A stretch of 64,000 nucleotides of DNA from an uncultured Nitrososphaeraceae archaeon (lineage in GTDB: Archaea; Thermoproteota; Nitrososphaeria; Nitrososphaerales; Nitrososphaeraceae), in NCBI GenBank assembly GCA_963825865.1, contig CAWGVG010000033.1, positions 32,001 through 96,000 on the forward strand. The letters run 5' to 3'. The first letter of the stretch is position 1; every line of letters starts with the position of its first letter. A model generated the notes under the pieces. It had not been told where the DNA came from. It saw only the letters and a program-made list of their open reading frames with translations, and did no database searches. The position numbers and the translations under genes are program-made. Of this stretch, positions 48,768 to 58,849 are shown one piece after another.

Positions 48768-49011
48768 ATAATTATCAAATATTGTTAACGTACTTTATAT
48801 GGAGATGGTTTCACAATAGTATAACCAAGCTTAAAGTGATTCTAGACCTATTTTTTTATGAATGATTGTATTATTACATAGTGAGAGTGAGATGTCTCAT
48901 GAGATGTATCACAAATGGTAACGATCCATTTGTTGATAGATAATAGTTAGTAATAGATTATGCAAATAAAATAGCTATTGAATTGTTAACGTGTCTACAA
49001 CCTTTGAATCG

Positions 49012-49251
49012 CTAACTTTTCCTTTTTCTAATTTTTGATATTGCATATTGAAGAAGATATTTTTGATCTTTCAATCCTGTAGATCTCCAATAGTATTTGT
49101 TAACAATGTAAGATATGACCCACCAAATAACACTATTCACTACGATCGTAAATGGAAAACCATAATAATATGTCATTATTGTGCCAGTTATAGTACCGCC
49201 TATAAGAAATGGTATTTGGCGCTTCATTATTGACTTTAGAATTTTGTCCAC
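49012..49251 (-). CDS. small membrane protein
   Basis: Two TM segments, basic tail. Confidence 0.6.
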   Translation of the reverse strand: MDKILKSIMKRQIPFLIGGTITGTIMTYYYGFPFTIVVNSVIWWVISYIVNKYYWRSTGLKDQKYLLQYAISKIRKRKS

Positions 49252-49670
49252 GTCGACGTGTGCTCTCTATATCCCATATAGATCGCTTGGTTTATTAATA
49301 TTATAAAAATAGGTATCAGTTTCAGTTGACTATACATGATTTTCACTTCCTCCTCCCAAAATAATTTACGTATTTCTAATACTTGATTATACTCCTAACA
49401 ATTGTGTAAATCGTCTGTTGTATACAATTATAATTATGCATTTTGGAAACGGCTTATTATTATCTTTACCATTCACCAATCTTGGGTACATAGTTATAAT
49501 ACGTTAAGGCGATGACGCTGCATATTCCACACATAATAGTTCAAACATAATATGACAGAGAACGGGAAGGAAAATTTTACACTGAAAAAAGGTCACTTCA
49601 AAAAAGTCGTTCAGTACATCAGTAGTAGAAAGAAAAAGGTCTTTCTTTTGTTCCTTTTTTTACATTTAGT

Positions 49671-50096
49671 TCAAGCGGTTCCTTGCTCAGATTCGTCTTC
49701 GGTTTCGGTTTCGGTTGCACCCGCTGTTCCTTTTGTCATTCCGCTTCTTCTAGCTCTTTCTGTCGCCTCTTGAGTGTTTTGTCCTGCTTGTCCTGGTTCT
49801 GTAATCACTTCACTCATTTCTCTCTTTACAGCCGTTGGTTCATGTTCCTTTATTTTTGCAGGTGTCATCGGCTCTTTCTCTTTGTACTGAGTTAGAGGAT
49901 CTTCTTTTCCTCCGTATTCATGGTCTGTGCCTGATCCACCTTCTTCAAATCGTCTGTCTTCAGCGTTACTAGTAGAACTACCTGTAGTGGAAGATATACC
50001 TTCTTTAGTTGTGTTAGTTGCCTTCTCTGTAACACCCTTTACTTTGTCTTTAGCATCCGTTACTTTTTCTTTAACCTTATCCTTAATCTTACTCAT
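49671..50096 (-). CDS. hydrophilic disordered protein (LEA/stress-like)
   Basis: KDKVKEKVTDAKDKVK repeats, very low hydrophobicity. Confidence 0.7.
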   Translation of the reverse strand: MSKIKDKVKEKVTDAKDKVKGVTEKATNTTKEGISSTTGSSTSNAEDRRFEEGGSGTDHEYGGKEDPLTQYKEKEPMTPAKIKEHEPTAVKREMSEVITEPGQAGQNTQEATERARRSGMTKGTAGATETETEDESEQGTA

Positions 50097-50523
50097 TGTT
50101 ATTGAACTATTCTACAATGTATTAATGAATCCTCTACAATTATTATATAAGAAAAATTAGTACATTTATCTATAAATCCTATGCACTTTTTGGCATATTA
50201 GTTCTATGACAGTATAATATATTTGTTATTTGCAGATAAGTAAACAAAAATATTATATGTTGATGCAATCTATTATGAAAAAGTTAGCGCATACAGCCAA
50301 TGATTCATTCCTGCTACTGAAACAAACATTCAGATGTCAATCTCTTCCCCCGATAGGGGGCATGAATCTCTACCGTTTATCTTTGTCAGAGTAATGTGGT
50401 TACAAAATACCTTCCTTTGAAAAAGTTTTCTCTCTTCAACTCTATCGAAGATTAACGTACTTTGGTTTAAGGCCAGCTTGTTTTCTGTTTCAGCAAACAC
50501 TATCGGTTCATCATCTGTCTTAG

Positions 50524-50673
50524 TTATACAGATTTTAATGTAGTGTGAACCTTCTCCATGCTGTCTGAAGCGGATTGTAAAACATGTTTAGCCGTTACAA
50601 AGTGCGCTGCATGAAGGTCAGATTGTGATTGAATGCCTACAAAAAAACCTGTTCCGAGAGGGATAACTCCATT
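50524..50673 (-). pseudogene. trypsin-like serine protease N-terminal fragment
   Basis: PLGTGFFVG..HFVTAKHVL read on the minus strand; no Asp or Ser motif follows. Confidence 0.55.
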
Positions 50674-50936
50674 GATTTTTTCTTCAAAAATTCGTATTGT
50701 TCAATGTAAGCAAATGTAGCTTCTCGTACTTACAAACCAATATGTGCAGATTCAAGAATCTTTTTTGGTTGACCTGTTTGAGGATCTATCACATACTGTC
50801 CTGTTCTTGGGTCTAAAAGATATTCCTGGCTTAACTCAAGTGCTTTTGCTTGAAGAAAATCATAAACTTCGTCATTAACTCTGAAACCAACTGGTGTCAG
50901 TTTGTTTTTCTTAGGCTTAGTGTTAGGTGTTGACAT
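50637..50936 (-). CDS. ribbon-helix-helix-like DNA-binding protein (in-frame TAA at 50730-32)
   Basis: Basic tail, strand PVGFRV, helix DEVYDFLQAKALEL; after the stop the same frame continues VREATFAYIEQYEFLKK..VFL*. Confidence 0.6.
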
Positions 50937-51425
50937 TTATCACTTTATCACTTATCACGCAAGGTAAATCCGGATTCTTTTTAAGGCTGAGCATAAAATG
51001 CCCTAAAGTGCGAACCAAATGGACCTCAATCAGGTTTAATTGGTTCTTACAACTTTTTTCTACAACAGAAATTATTCCAGCTAAGCCTTTATACACTATC
51101 ATATAATTTTTGAATTTATAACAGTTAGCATAAAACTGGGGAAAACTGGCAAAAAACAAACTTTTTGTGATTGACTTTTTCCGGAAAATTTTGTTATCAC
51201 TTTATAGAATGTTATCACTAACCAAGGTTCTTATCACAAACACCGGGACTTATCACGCAAACCATGCCTTATCACGAAAACATGTCTTACCACCTAGGGT
51301 ATGAGTTATCACTCTGAAAATTTTTATCACTCTTATCACTCTTATCACGTCCGTTAACTTTATCACAGAAAAATCTTATGTGATAATGTAAATCTTATCA
51401 CGTATCTCATCTTTTTTTGTGATAT
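50937..51425. repeat. TTATCAC heptamer (iteron-like) array
   Basis: Copies at 50937, 50945, 50952, 51194, 51212, 51231, 51250, 51269, 51287 (TTACCAC), 51306, 51324, 51333, 51342, 51360, 51395; inverted at 51380 and 51419. Confidence 0.92.
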
Positions 51426-51534
51426 AAGGCATAAGCAATGATTCAAAGTGCGGTAAATGAGTATTGGAAACTAATAGCAATTGATTCACTTGAAAGTTCT
51501 ATCAATGCAGAAAGACTGTCAGATGCAGAACAGC

Positions 51535-51860
51535 CTATATTAGCATAGCTATGTAATGCTCAGTAAAGTAATCTTGTGATGATATGTACTTGTTGTTGTT
51601 GTCCTCCATACATAAATTATTGTCTATTAAAATACCATTTACAACAATATCAATATAGTCATTGGGAATATTAGTATAATTTTTGAGTTTACTGCGTAAA
51701 TCACCTTCCCAATTCGTTGCAATAACATTTTGGTTAATTTGTGGCGCAATTATTCTAAATCCATTAAAGAAGGGAGACGTAAAAGTAACAAAGAAGCCGT
51801 ATGTTAATGAAGTAATAGCCATAAAGAAGAAGCCAGTAAATGAAGATGTAACAAGCCCCT
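51535..51860 (-). CDS. small membrane-associated hypothetical protein (start uncertain)
   Basis: Hydrophobic repeated GFF/TS segments then soluble domain. Confidence 0.4.
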
Positions 51861-52019
51861 TTTTTACTACCCTACGAAGTTCCTAATTCGTTTTTAAATT
51901 TGCAAAACATTATACGGTTTATGGTAATAGTGGCGCTAATCAGGATTCGACTAAACAGGTCTTGCAGTAAGGTTATAGTTTATTACCTAGTTTAATAAAG
52001 ATATTTTACTGTTTGTTGT

Positions 52020-52220
52020 ATGGCGTCTAGAGATGAACATACTATCAAGTGTAGTATTTGTGGACGAATGTTGATAGTTAGTGATATCGTTAATAATGGA
52101 GTAGCTTTTCTAAGCCATTTGAAATTAGACCATGGTATTACATATACTCCTCAACGTATGACTGAAGTACGGACCAAGAGTAAAAGTGTAGAAAATCAAA
52201 CATACAAACTACTTGAATAA
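52020..52220 (+). CDS. small C2H2-type zinc-finger protein
   Basis: CSICG..FLSHLKLDHG. Confidence 0.65.
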   Translation: MASRDEHTIKCSICGRMLIVSDIVNNGVAFLSHLKLDHGITYTPQRMTEVRTKSKSVENQTYKLLE

Positions 52221-52794
52221 GTATATAATTATAAGACTAAAACTCGTTGTTATCATATCTACCATTAGATCTTGAAGAAACAAGTATGTATTCCAACAAC
52301 AAATAAAATCTTGGAAAGCATTTCTATATAATAATAGAGTGTAAAAATAACACCTTTTCTTAACACCTTAAGTAAGCTTCATAACACTAATCTCAAGAGC
52401 CCTCACTGGCAATACTATATCGTTAAATAATTTAGGGTACTGCTGTTTGATCCTAAATGAATATGTTATCATCCGATTCCTAGTAATCATTATTAGAGGT
52501 GATCACCTTATCTACTGGATGAGGGATCTCGCCTTTTTCCGCATGCTCTGCCATATGTTTGGAAGCATTTTCATTATCTATGTTTTTGTTGCATATCCTA
52601 CAGGAAACCATAGAGGTTTTTGTTTACTCTATTTTTAACTCTTCTGGTTATTGGCCACTATAAACGAAAGGGGTTAATATGAACATGTAACGGGTTCATT
52701 GTTTTATTGATCAACTCTTAGATTCAACCTACAATATCGTATGGCATTTTTGTATATTGGTTATTCCTTGGTTTAGCTATTTTTATCATTATTA

Positions 52795-54150
52795 TTATCG
52801 ATGACCCCATGTAAAAAACATAATTACAACTGACGCACCCATTGCGAGAAATGTCGACCAGCCCACAATATTAGGCATTTTTCCATTAGTATTTTCTTTG
52901 AGGATTTTCTTATCATTTGATATCTTCATAATTGCAAAGAGAATGGGAACAGCGGTAATCCCGTTTATAATAGCTGTGTATAATAACGCTTTAATTGGGT
53001 CTATATTTACAAAATTCATTAGCAATCCTATTGATGTCGAAGCAGCTATTACTAAATAAAACGCCTTTGCCTGTCTGAATCTTTTATTCAGACCTTGTTT
53101 CCATCCAAATGTATCGGCTAATGCGTAGCCTGATGAACCAGCTAAAACGGGTACCGCCAATAGTCCAGTTCCAATTATACCAAATGCAAATATGGTTTTA
53201 GATATCTCACCTGAATGCGGAAATGACTTTACTAAAGGTTCTAACGCCTTTGCAGCTTGTTCTGCAGTTTTTATATCAGTTATGCCATGAGAGTGAAGAC
53301 TTCCTGCCGTTGTTATCATTATAGTCCATGCAATTAATTCTGCAAATGCAATTCCTGCTGCAATATCTATTTTCATAAACTTTATTTCCTTTTTTGACAC
53401 TCTAGGATTGCCTTTTCCAATTTCTTTTATCTTTTGTTTGGCAACATCTTCTTCAGCTTCTTCGGATGTTTGCCAGAAAAATAAGTAAGGCGATATTGAA
53501 GTACCAAATATAGCAACAAATATCATTGCAAATGCCGGTGTGAGCTCTATATGTGGAATTATGCTTGATACTAATATCTGGCTCCAGTTACCTCCAACAA
53601 TAGTGGCAGTGATAACATACGCAAAAAGAGAGAGTGCAATATATTTTAGAATCATTACATATTTTTTATACGGTATGATAATCTCAGAACCAATGATTAA
53701 TAATGCAAAAGAAATTGTAGTCATAAAAACTGGTAGCTCAGGAACCAAAAGTCTTACAGATGCTCCCATCGCGGCAATATCAGCCCCTATGTTTATCGTA
53801 TTTGCAATAATGAGCAGGCCTGCGAGTGGAAATACAACCTTCTTTGAGTACCTCTTCTTTATAACAGAAGATAACCCGTTACCTGTCACCAATCCTATCC
53901 TTGCGCAAATTTCCTGAATAACGGTCATCATGGGATATTGAAATAATGCCATCCATAACAATCCAAAGCCGAACTGTGCTCCTGCTTGGGAAAACGTTGC
54001 TATACCTGATGGGTCATCGTCAGATGCTCCTGTTATCACCCCGGGACCAAAAGACTTGAGCGTTTGTTTGACAGAGGATAACTCGGTTGCTTCTTTTTTT
54101 CCTTTTTGGTGCTCTTCGTCTGCTATTTTTTCACCATCGTCATCTTCCAT
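52795..54150 (-). CDS. NRAMP-family divalent metal transporter
   Basis: GPGVITGASDDDPSGIAT, QEICARIG, GTSISPYLFFWQ. Confidence 0.92.
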   Translation of the reverse strand: MEDDDGEKIADEEHQKGKKEATELSSVKQTLKSFGPGVITGASDDDPSGIATFSQAGAQFGFGLLWMALFQYPMMTVIQEICARIGLVTGNGLSSVIKKRYSKKVVFPLAGLLIIANTINIGADIAAMGASVRLLVPELPVFMTTISFALLIIGSEIIIPYKKYVMILKYIALSLFAYVITATIVGGNWSQILVSSIIPHIELTPAFAMIFVAIFGTSISPYLFFWQTSEEAEEDVAKQKIKEIGKGNPRVSKKEIKFMKIDIAAGIAFAELIAWTIMITTAGSLHSHGITDIKTAEQAAKALEPLVKSFPHSGEISKTIFAFGIIGTGLLAVPVLAGSSGYALADTFGWKQGLNKRFRQAKAFYLVIAASTSIGLLMNFVNIDPIKALLYTAIINGITAVPILFAIMKISNDKKILKENTNGKMPNIVGWSTFLAMGASVVIMFFTWGHR

Positions 54151-54733
54151 CCAATGATTCCTCTAGCTTTTATTTTATATGGATATATATCAAACAACCA
54201 GGTTTTTCTTTTTATCCATTTGGATAATTATTAATTAGCAGCTTTAAAACATATAATGATGTTATCATATATACATTGTTCAGACGCAATAATACTGTCA
54301 TGAATTACCTCGAATACTATCGTTTTTTTAATTTTCTTATTAAATCCTGTCTATTTACAATCATGTGCTAGTACTTTTTGTACGACTTTCTTTAAGCAGT
54401 CATATTTATAAATTCTATCTCAGAAAGCGCGCTAATCGTTAATTACAATATTTGTACTTATTTCAAAACAAATTTAATCGATTATTACTTCATATGGCCT
54501 TGGCCGTTGTTCGCAGTTCGTCTTCGAAATAAAGTGACCTAACACACGATTGATTACATCATGCTTTAAAGTGCTTTGAATAATAGTTATAAACCTTTGA
54601 AGTTAAAGATCTTTAAGAATAGGAATAGAGAAAAAGGATTGTATAACATTATTTTGTTAAAGTCAGTAGGTTTGGAATATCATTTACAATCGCTAACGTG
54701 TTGTTGTTTGAGAAAAAAAAGGAAGAAGATGGT

Positions 54734-55563
54734 ATGAACTGACAATAACGATACGAAAAAATCCAGAGTTCACTGACTTACTTCAGAAAAACCTCAAGTC
54801 CAGATACGAGGAAAAAAAAAGGCTAGACAATGTAGTACATGTGTCTGATATTATTCCTAGCACTTGTATTAGGAAGCAATATTATTCTAGGAAGTTTCCC
54901 GAGATGGATCCTATCTCCAATAAATCAGTACACCATTTTGTTAGAGGTGAATCAAGCGAATTTGTTATCACACAGCTTGCCAAGATGGGAGTAGCACAAG
55001 TAGATATAGAAATGGACGGAATAGTCGCTCATCCAGACATTATGACTAAAAATGGGGATGTAATAGTTGAATTAAAAGATACGGTTAGTGGCAAGCGTCT
55101 AGTATTTTCTGATAATATTTTTCGATCATATCTTAGACAGTTATTATATTATTTGGTTATGACTGGTATAGAAAAAGGAATTATTTCTATTAGATATAAT
55201 ATTAAAGAATTAAAGTGGATGAAAGGCGATTCACAAGGAAATAGTTATTTCTTAAGACCAGTAGATGCCAAAGACGTAGGTATAGAAAGTTGGGAAATAT
55301 TTCTGCCATCAAGCGATGTCGCAAGAGAAATATTGAGGAATGAAATGGTTAGGAGAAAGAATCTGTTTTTAAAAGCCTTACAAGAAAATGATGTGTCGGT
55401 ATTACCAAGACTTCCAGAAAATACAAAAAAGAGTAAATGTCCTTATTGTCCATTTTACGACAAGTGTATGAATCATGATCAAGAGACAGGAGAGGCTAAA
55501 GAAATGGCAAATGAAATAGATTTGCTTGATATAAATGGTGTTGTGGATGTTAATCCTTTATAG
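54734..55563 (+). CDS. solo Cas4-like PD-(D/E)xK nuclease with Fe-S cysteines (start region probably frameshifted)
   Basis: HVSD..CIRK, HPD..VELKD, QLLYY, CPYCPFYDKC. Confidence 0.8.
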
Positions 55564-55776
55564 ACTCTAGTTTCATTTAGAAGAAATAAATATATTTGCA
55601 ACTTCTGAAATGCATTTTTCGACATTTAAGCAAACTTGTTGTTGTTGTTATACATTTTAATTTTGCTACATGCTCATATTAAAACATTCAAAGATGTGTT
55701 TAAAAAATAGGCTGTAATTAACTTGACTTCGTTGGTTTTATGGAAGGACAGAAACTTGATAATGTCAAGCTATCCG

Positions 55777-56392
55777 CTAACCAATTGAATTAAATTTTGA
55801 TATGAATTTCCACAAATACCATGTGGCTACACTTCTATAAGGTTTCCATGGTTGAGATATAGCTAGCATTGTAGATGAAGTAGGAAGTTCAGGAAGCGAA
55901 TATACTTTCTGCATAGCCTTTCTGATTCCCAGATCTCCAACAGGTAGAACATCAGGTCGTCCAAGGCAAAATATTAAGAACATCTCTGCTGTCCATCTTC
56001 CAATTCCCTTTACCTCAGTTAATTGGTCGATGATATCCTCATCTGTCATTGTAGGCAATACCTTCAAATCTAATCTATGGTCTGCAACTCGTGCAGACAG
56101 AATCCTTCAAGTACTGTATTTTTTTGCTTGATAATCCAACCTTGCATTTTAGCATTGCATCAGGAGTTGACAAAATTTGTGAAGGTATAGGTACAGAATT
56201 GTTATAATATTTGATAAACCTTCCATAAATAATACTGGCAGCCGCTCCAGCAAGTTGTTGATAAATTATGGACTCAAGTAAGGATTGGAATGGATCGTGG
56301 CGAATTTTAATAGAATATTTTCCGACAGCATCAATTACTTTGTTAAGAACGGGATCTACTTCAGAAAGATACTTGACAGGATCTATGTTCAC
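55777..56392 (-). CDS. alkA: DNA-3-methyladenine glycosylase II (HhH-GPD), frameshift near 56095
   Basis: SIIYQQLAG, VKGIGRWTAEMFL, LPVGDLG, WKPYRS. Confidence 0.9.
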
Positions 56393-56551
56393 AGGTTATT
56401 ACTTGCACCTAAACTCTTAAAGTCCCCGATGGTAAGAGGGTTAGTACGTTACTATTATTATGAAATACTAACGTGTTGTGTTTGTGATGGTGCATGTCTG
56501 GTGTTCACCTGCACTTATGATACAAGTCGCAAATTGTGAATTAAGTTCAGT

Positions 56552-56779
56552 TTGCGTGCAATCACCTGCGAAAGGCTAGTGGAGCATACATTCTCTAAAG
56601 AAGCAAACTTTACTCAGGCTACATTCTGCAATCAAGAATACTTTGGCGAGGCTACATTCTCCAATAAAGGAGTTAAACTCTCTGAAACAGCCAGCCCGGG
56701 AATCAGATCCGATTTAAAGGAGAGGTTGATACTGCCAACAGCAGTACGAGGAACAAAGGAGGAACTCTGGCTGTGGTAG
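56552..56779 (+). pseudogene. pentapeptide-repeat fragment
   Basis: TFSKEANFTQATF..YFGEATFS repeats in a short ORF. Confidence 0.4.
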
Positions 56780-57062
56780 TGACTCAATATAGGTTTTAAT
56801 CTGTCGACCTCGTGTCAGACGGTTTTCGTAGGCCCTTAAAAACCCTGAAATTGCTGTCGGTGTTATCATTATTCAGATACCATTGTAAAAACCATAAACA
56901 GTAAAATTTATCGCCAACTAATGACAGAAAGCCGAAAAAAAGGTCGGTTGCAAAACCAAAAAAAGGATAACATCCACAATCAGCACATTTTATTTGAAAC
57001 ATAGTTCATGGACTCACTAGGACAATAAATTTAAATAAAAAGATCATAAGTAAACTGGATAC

Positions 57063-57299
57063 ATGCCTAAATTCCTTGATGTTCATCCCTTGAAAGGATT
57101 GGACGAAGAAACGTTAAGAAAGTTACAACATTCGCCAGTTGATGAGTTCGGAATTAAACCTCTTAACTTAATGTATAACAAAGAGGAAGACAGATTTTAC
57201 TGCCTTCTTGATGCACCAGATAAAAAAGCGGTGGAAAATCATCATAATAAATATGGCTTCAAATGTGAATGGATTACAGAAGTAAAAACGACCGCTTAG
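57063..57299 (+). CDS. DUF4242-like small protein
   Basis: MPKFLDVH..FYCLLDAPDKKAVENHH..CEWITEV. Confidence 0.8.
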   Translation: MPKFLDVHPLKGLDEETLRKLQHSPVDEFGIKPLNLMYNKEEDRFYCLLDAPDKKAVENHHNKYGFKCEWITEVKTTA

Positions 57300-58034
57300 T
57301 TATAGAGACATATTTGTTTAATCGATTTCTTTCATTCATTCATTCATTGATGCTACAGAAACTAAAATGAAAATTAGAAGCGCTTAAAAGATTAAGTCCC
57401 TGGAGCAAAGGTAAAAAAGTAGGAAATTCTGCTGCCTTCAAAGCATTGGAAACAAAGCGTAGGAAAAGATATAGCAATATGCTATATTACATGAGATATA
57501 GCAATAAGTTGTTAAAAAGGCACTTGTCAGTTTGTTATGCTACTATGAATTAGAGGAGCATTTCCTATTACAAATTTGGGTTCCTAACTTTTCTGAATAG
57601 TCCAAGAGGAATGGAGTAAATTAAGTCCACCATAAAGTTGCATTCCTTACACAGTCGTAATATATCCTAATGGAAAGGCTGTAAAAACAACTACAACAAA
57701 AAACATATGCTATTTTTCTAGCATGTTGAAACTATTTTGACCGTCTAGTAGTTTTCTATTATTCAATACAATAATACTAAAAATTTTAGCATATGTCTAT
57801 ATATCAATAAGTTTTTCAAATATATGTTATTGTATATGTGATTTAACATACGATAACCTAATAGGCATAAACTGTATATATATATAATCGTACATCTCTG
57901 CGGTAATCTTCTGATGAAATGACATCAAAAACATTAAAAGTGAACGTCTGACACTTGACACAACTTGCAGTCAGAGGATTATACTACATAGGTGTACTAA
58001 AAGCAATAAACAAACAAAGAGAGAAATGAGAGAT

Positions 58035-58323
58035 ATGGTTTGCAAAGGTATATGCGTACAGTCACAAGGCACATAAGCCAGTCGGCGAAGGTCGTTATGC
58101 TACTGGACAGAAACGCTGTCAGGTATGTGAGATATTTGTTAATTGGAACGGATTATGGTGTCCGTGCTGCGGATATAGATTAAGATCAAAGCCCCGAAAT
58201 TTAAAATTTAAGACAAAATTGCGCGAAAACAAGAACCCAGATGACGAAAGACAGGAGGAATCTCCAACAAAGGCACAGAGTCAACAACTGGCAGCTATTA
58301 GATTAACACATAAAAGACTATAA
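58035..58323 (+). CDS. small Cys-rich zinc-binding protein (frameshift near 58060), missing from the ORF track
   Basis: MVCKGIC..RYATGQKRCQVCEIF..WCPCCGYRLRSKPR. Confidence 0.8.
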
Positions 58324-58849
58324 TAAAACATCTAATAGATTCTCTTGATACAATAAGATAAACAAGATAGAATTCTTTTTGAAAAGATGAAATAACTATG
58401 ATTATTTTTATTTCTAGCTTATATTGCTTCTTTAGTTTACATTCATAAATAATAATAGCGTCTTATCGTCCCTTGTTTATACTAATTTTGAAATAAGCGG
58501 GATGACTAATAACAAATCCTTTTTCTATTAGTTATTTATTATTAATTGCGGGATACAATTGGCCTTCAAATGCAAAATGTGCGGCCAACAATTTGAAGAG
58601 AAGAGGCGTTTAGAAATCCACAGGCAAGTACATGGTCGGAAATCTAAAGTAACAGAATATGGTAGTCCAGAATTTAGTCAAGATAGGTTAAGAGGCTAAT
58701 CCTTTAAAATAACGATTAACAAAGACAATAAAACCCGCAACGGAAGCATTACTAGATGAACACCATCTCGTAAAAGTAAACGAATCAACAGAAAAAGGTC
58801 AGGACTTAAGTTATATTAGATATAATATAGATTAATGGAATAGCTAGTT

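Noticed and set aside
50923-51159. 78-aa ORF between the heptamer clusters
   Set aside because: No recognisable motif, TTG start, runs through the repeat cluster; likely spurious.
51194-51401. Canonical CRISPR array
   Set aside because: 7-nt repeats and 11-12 nt spacers are far too short; no cas operon.
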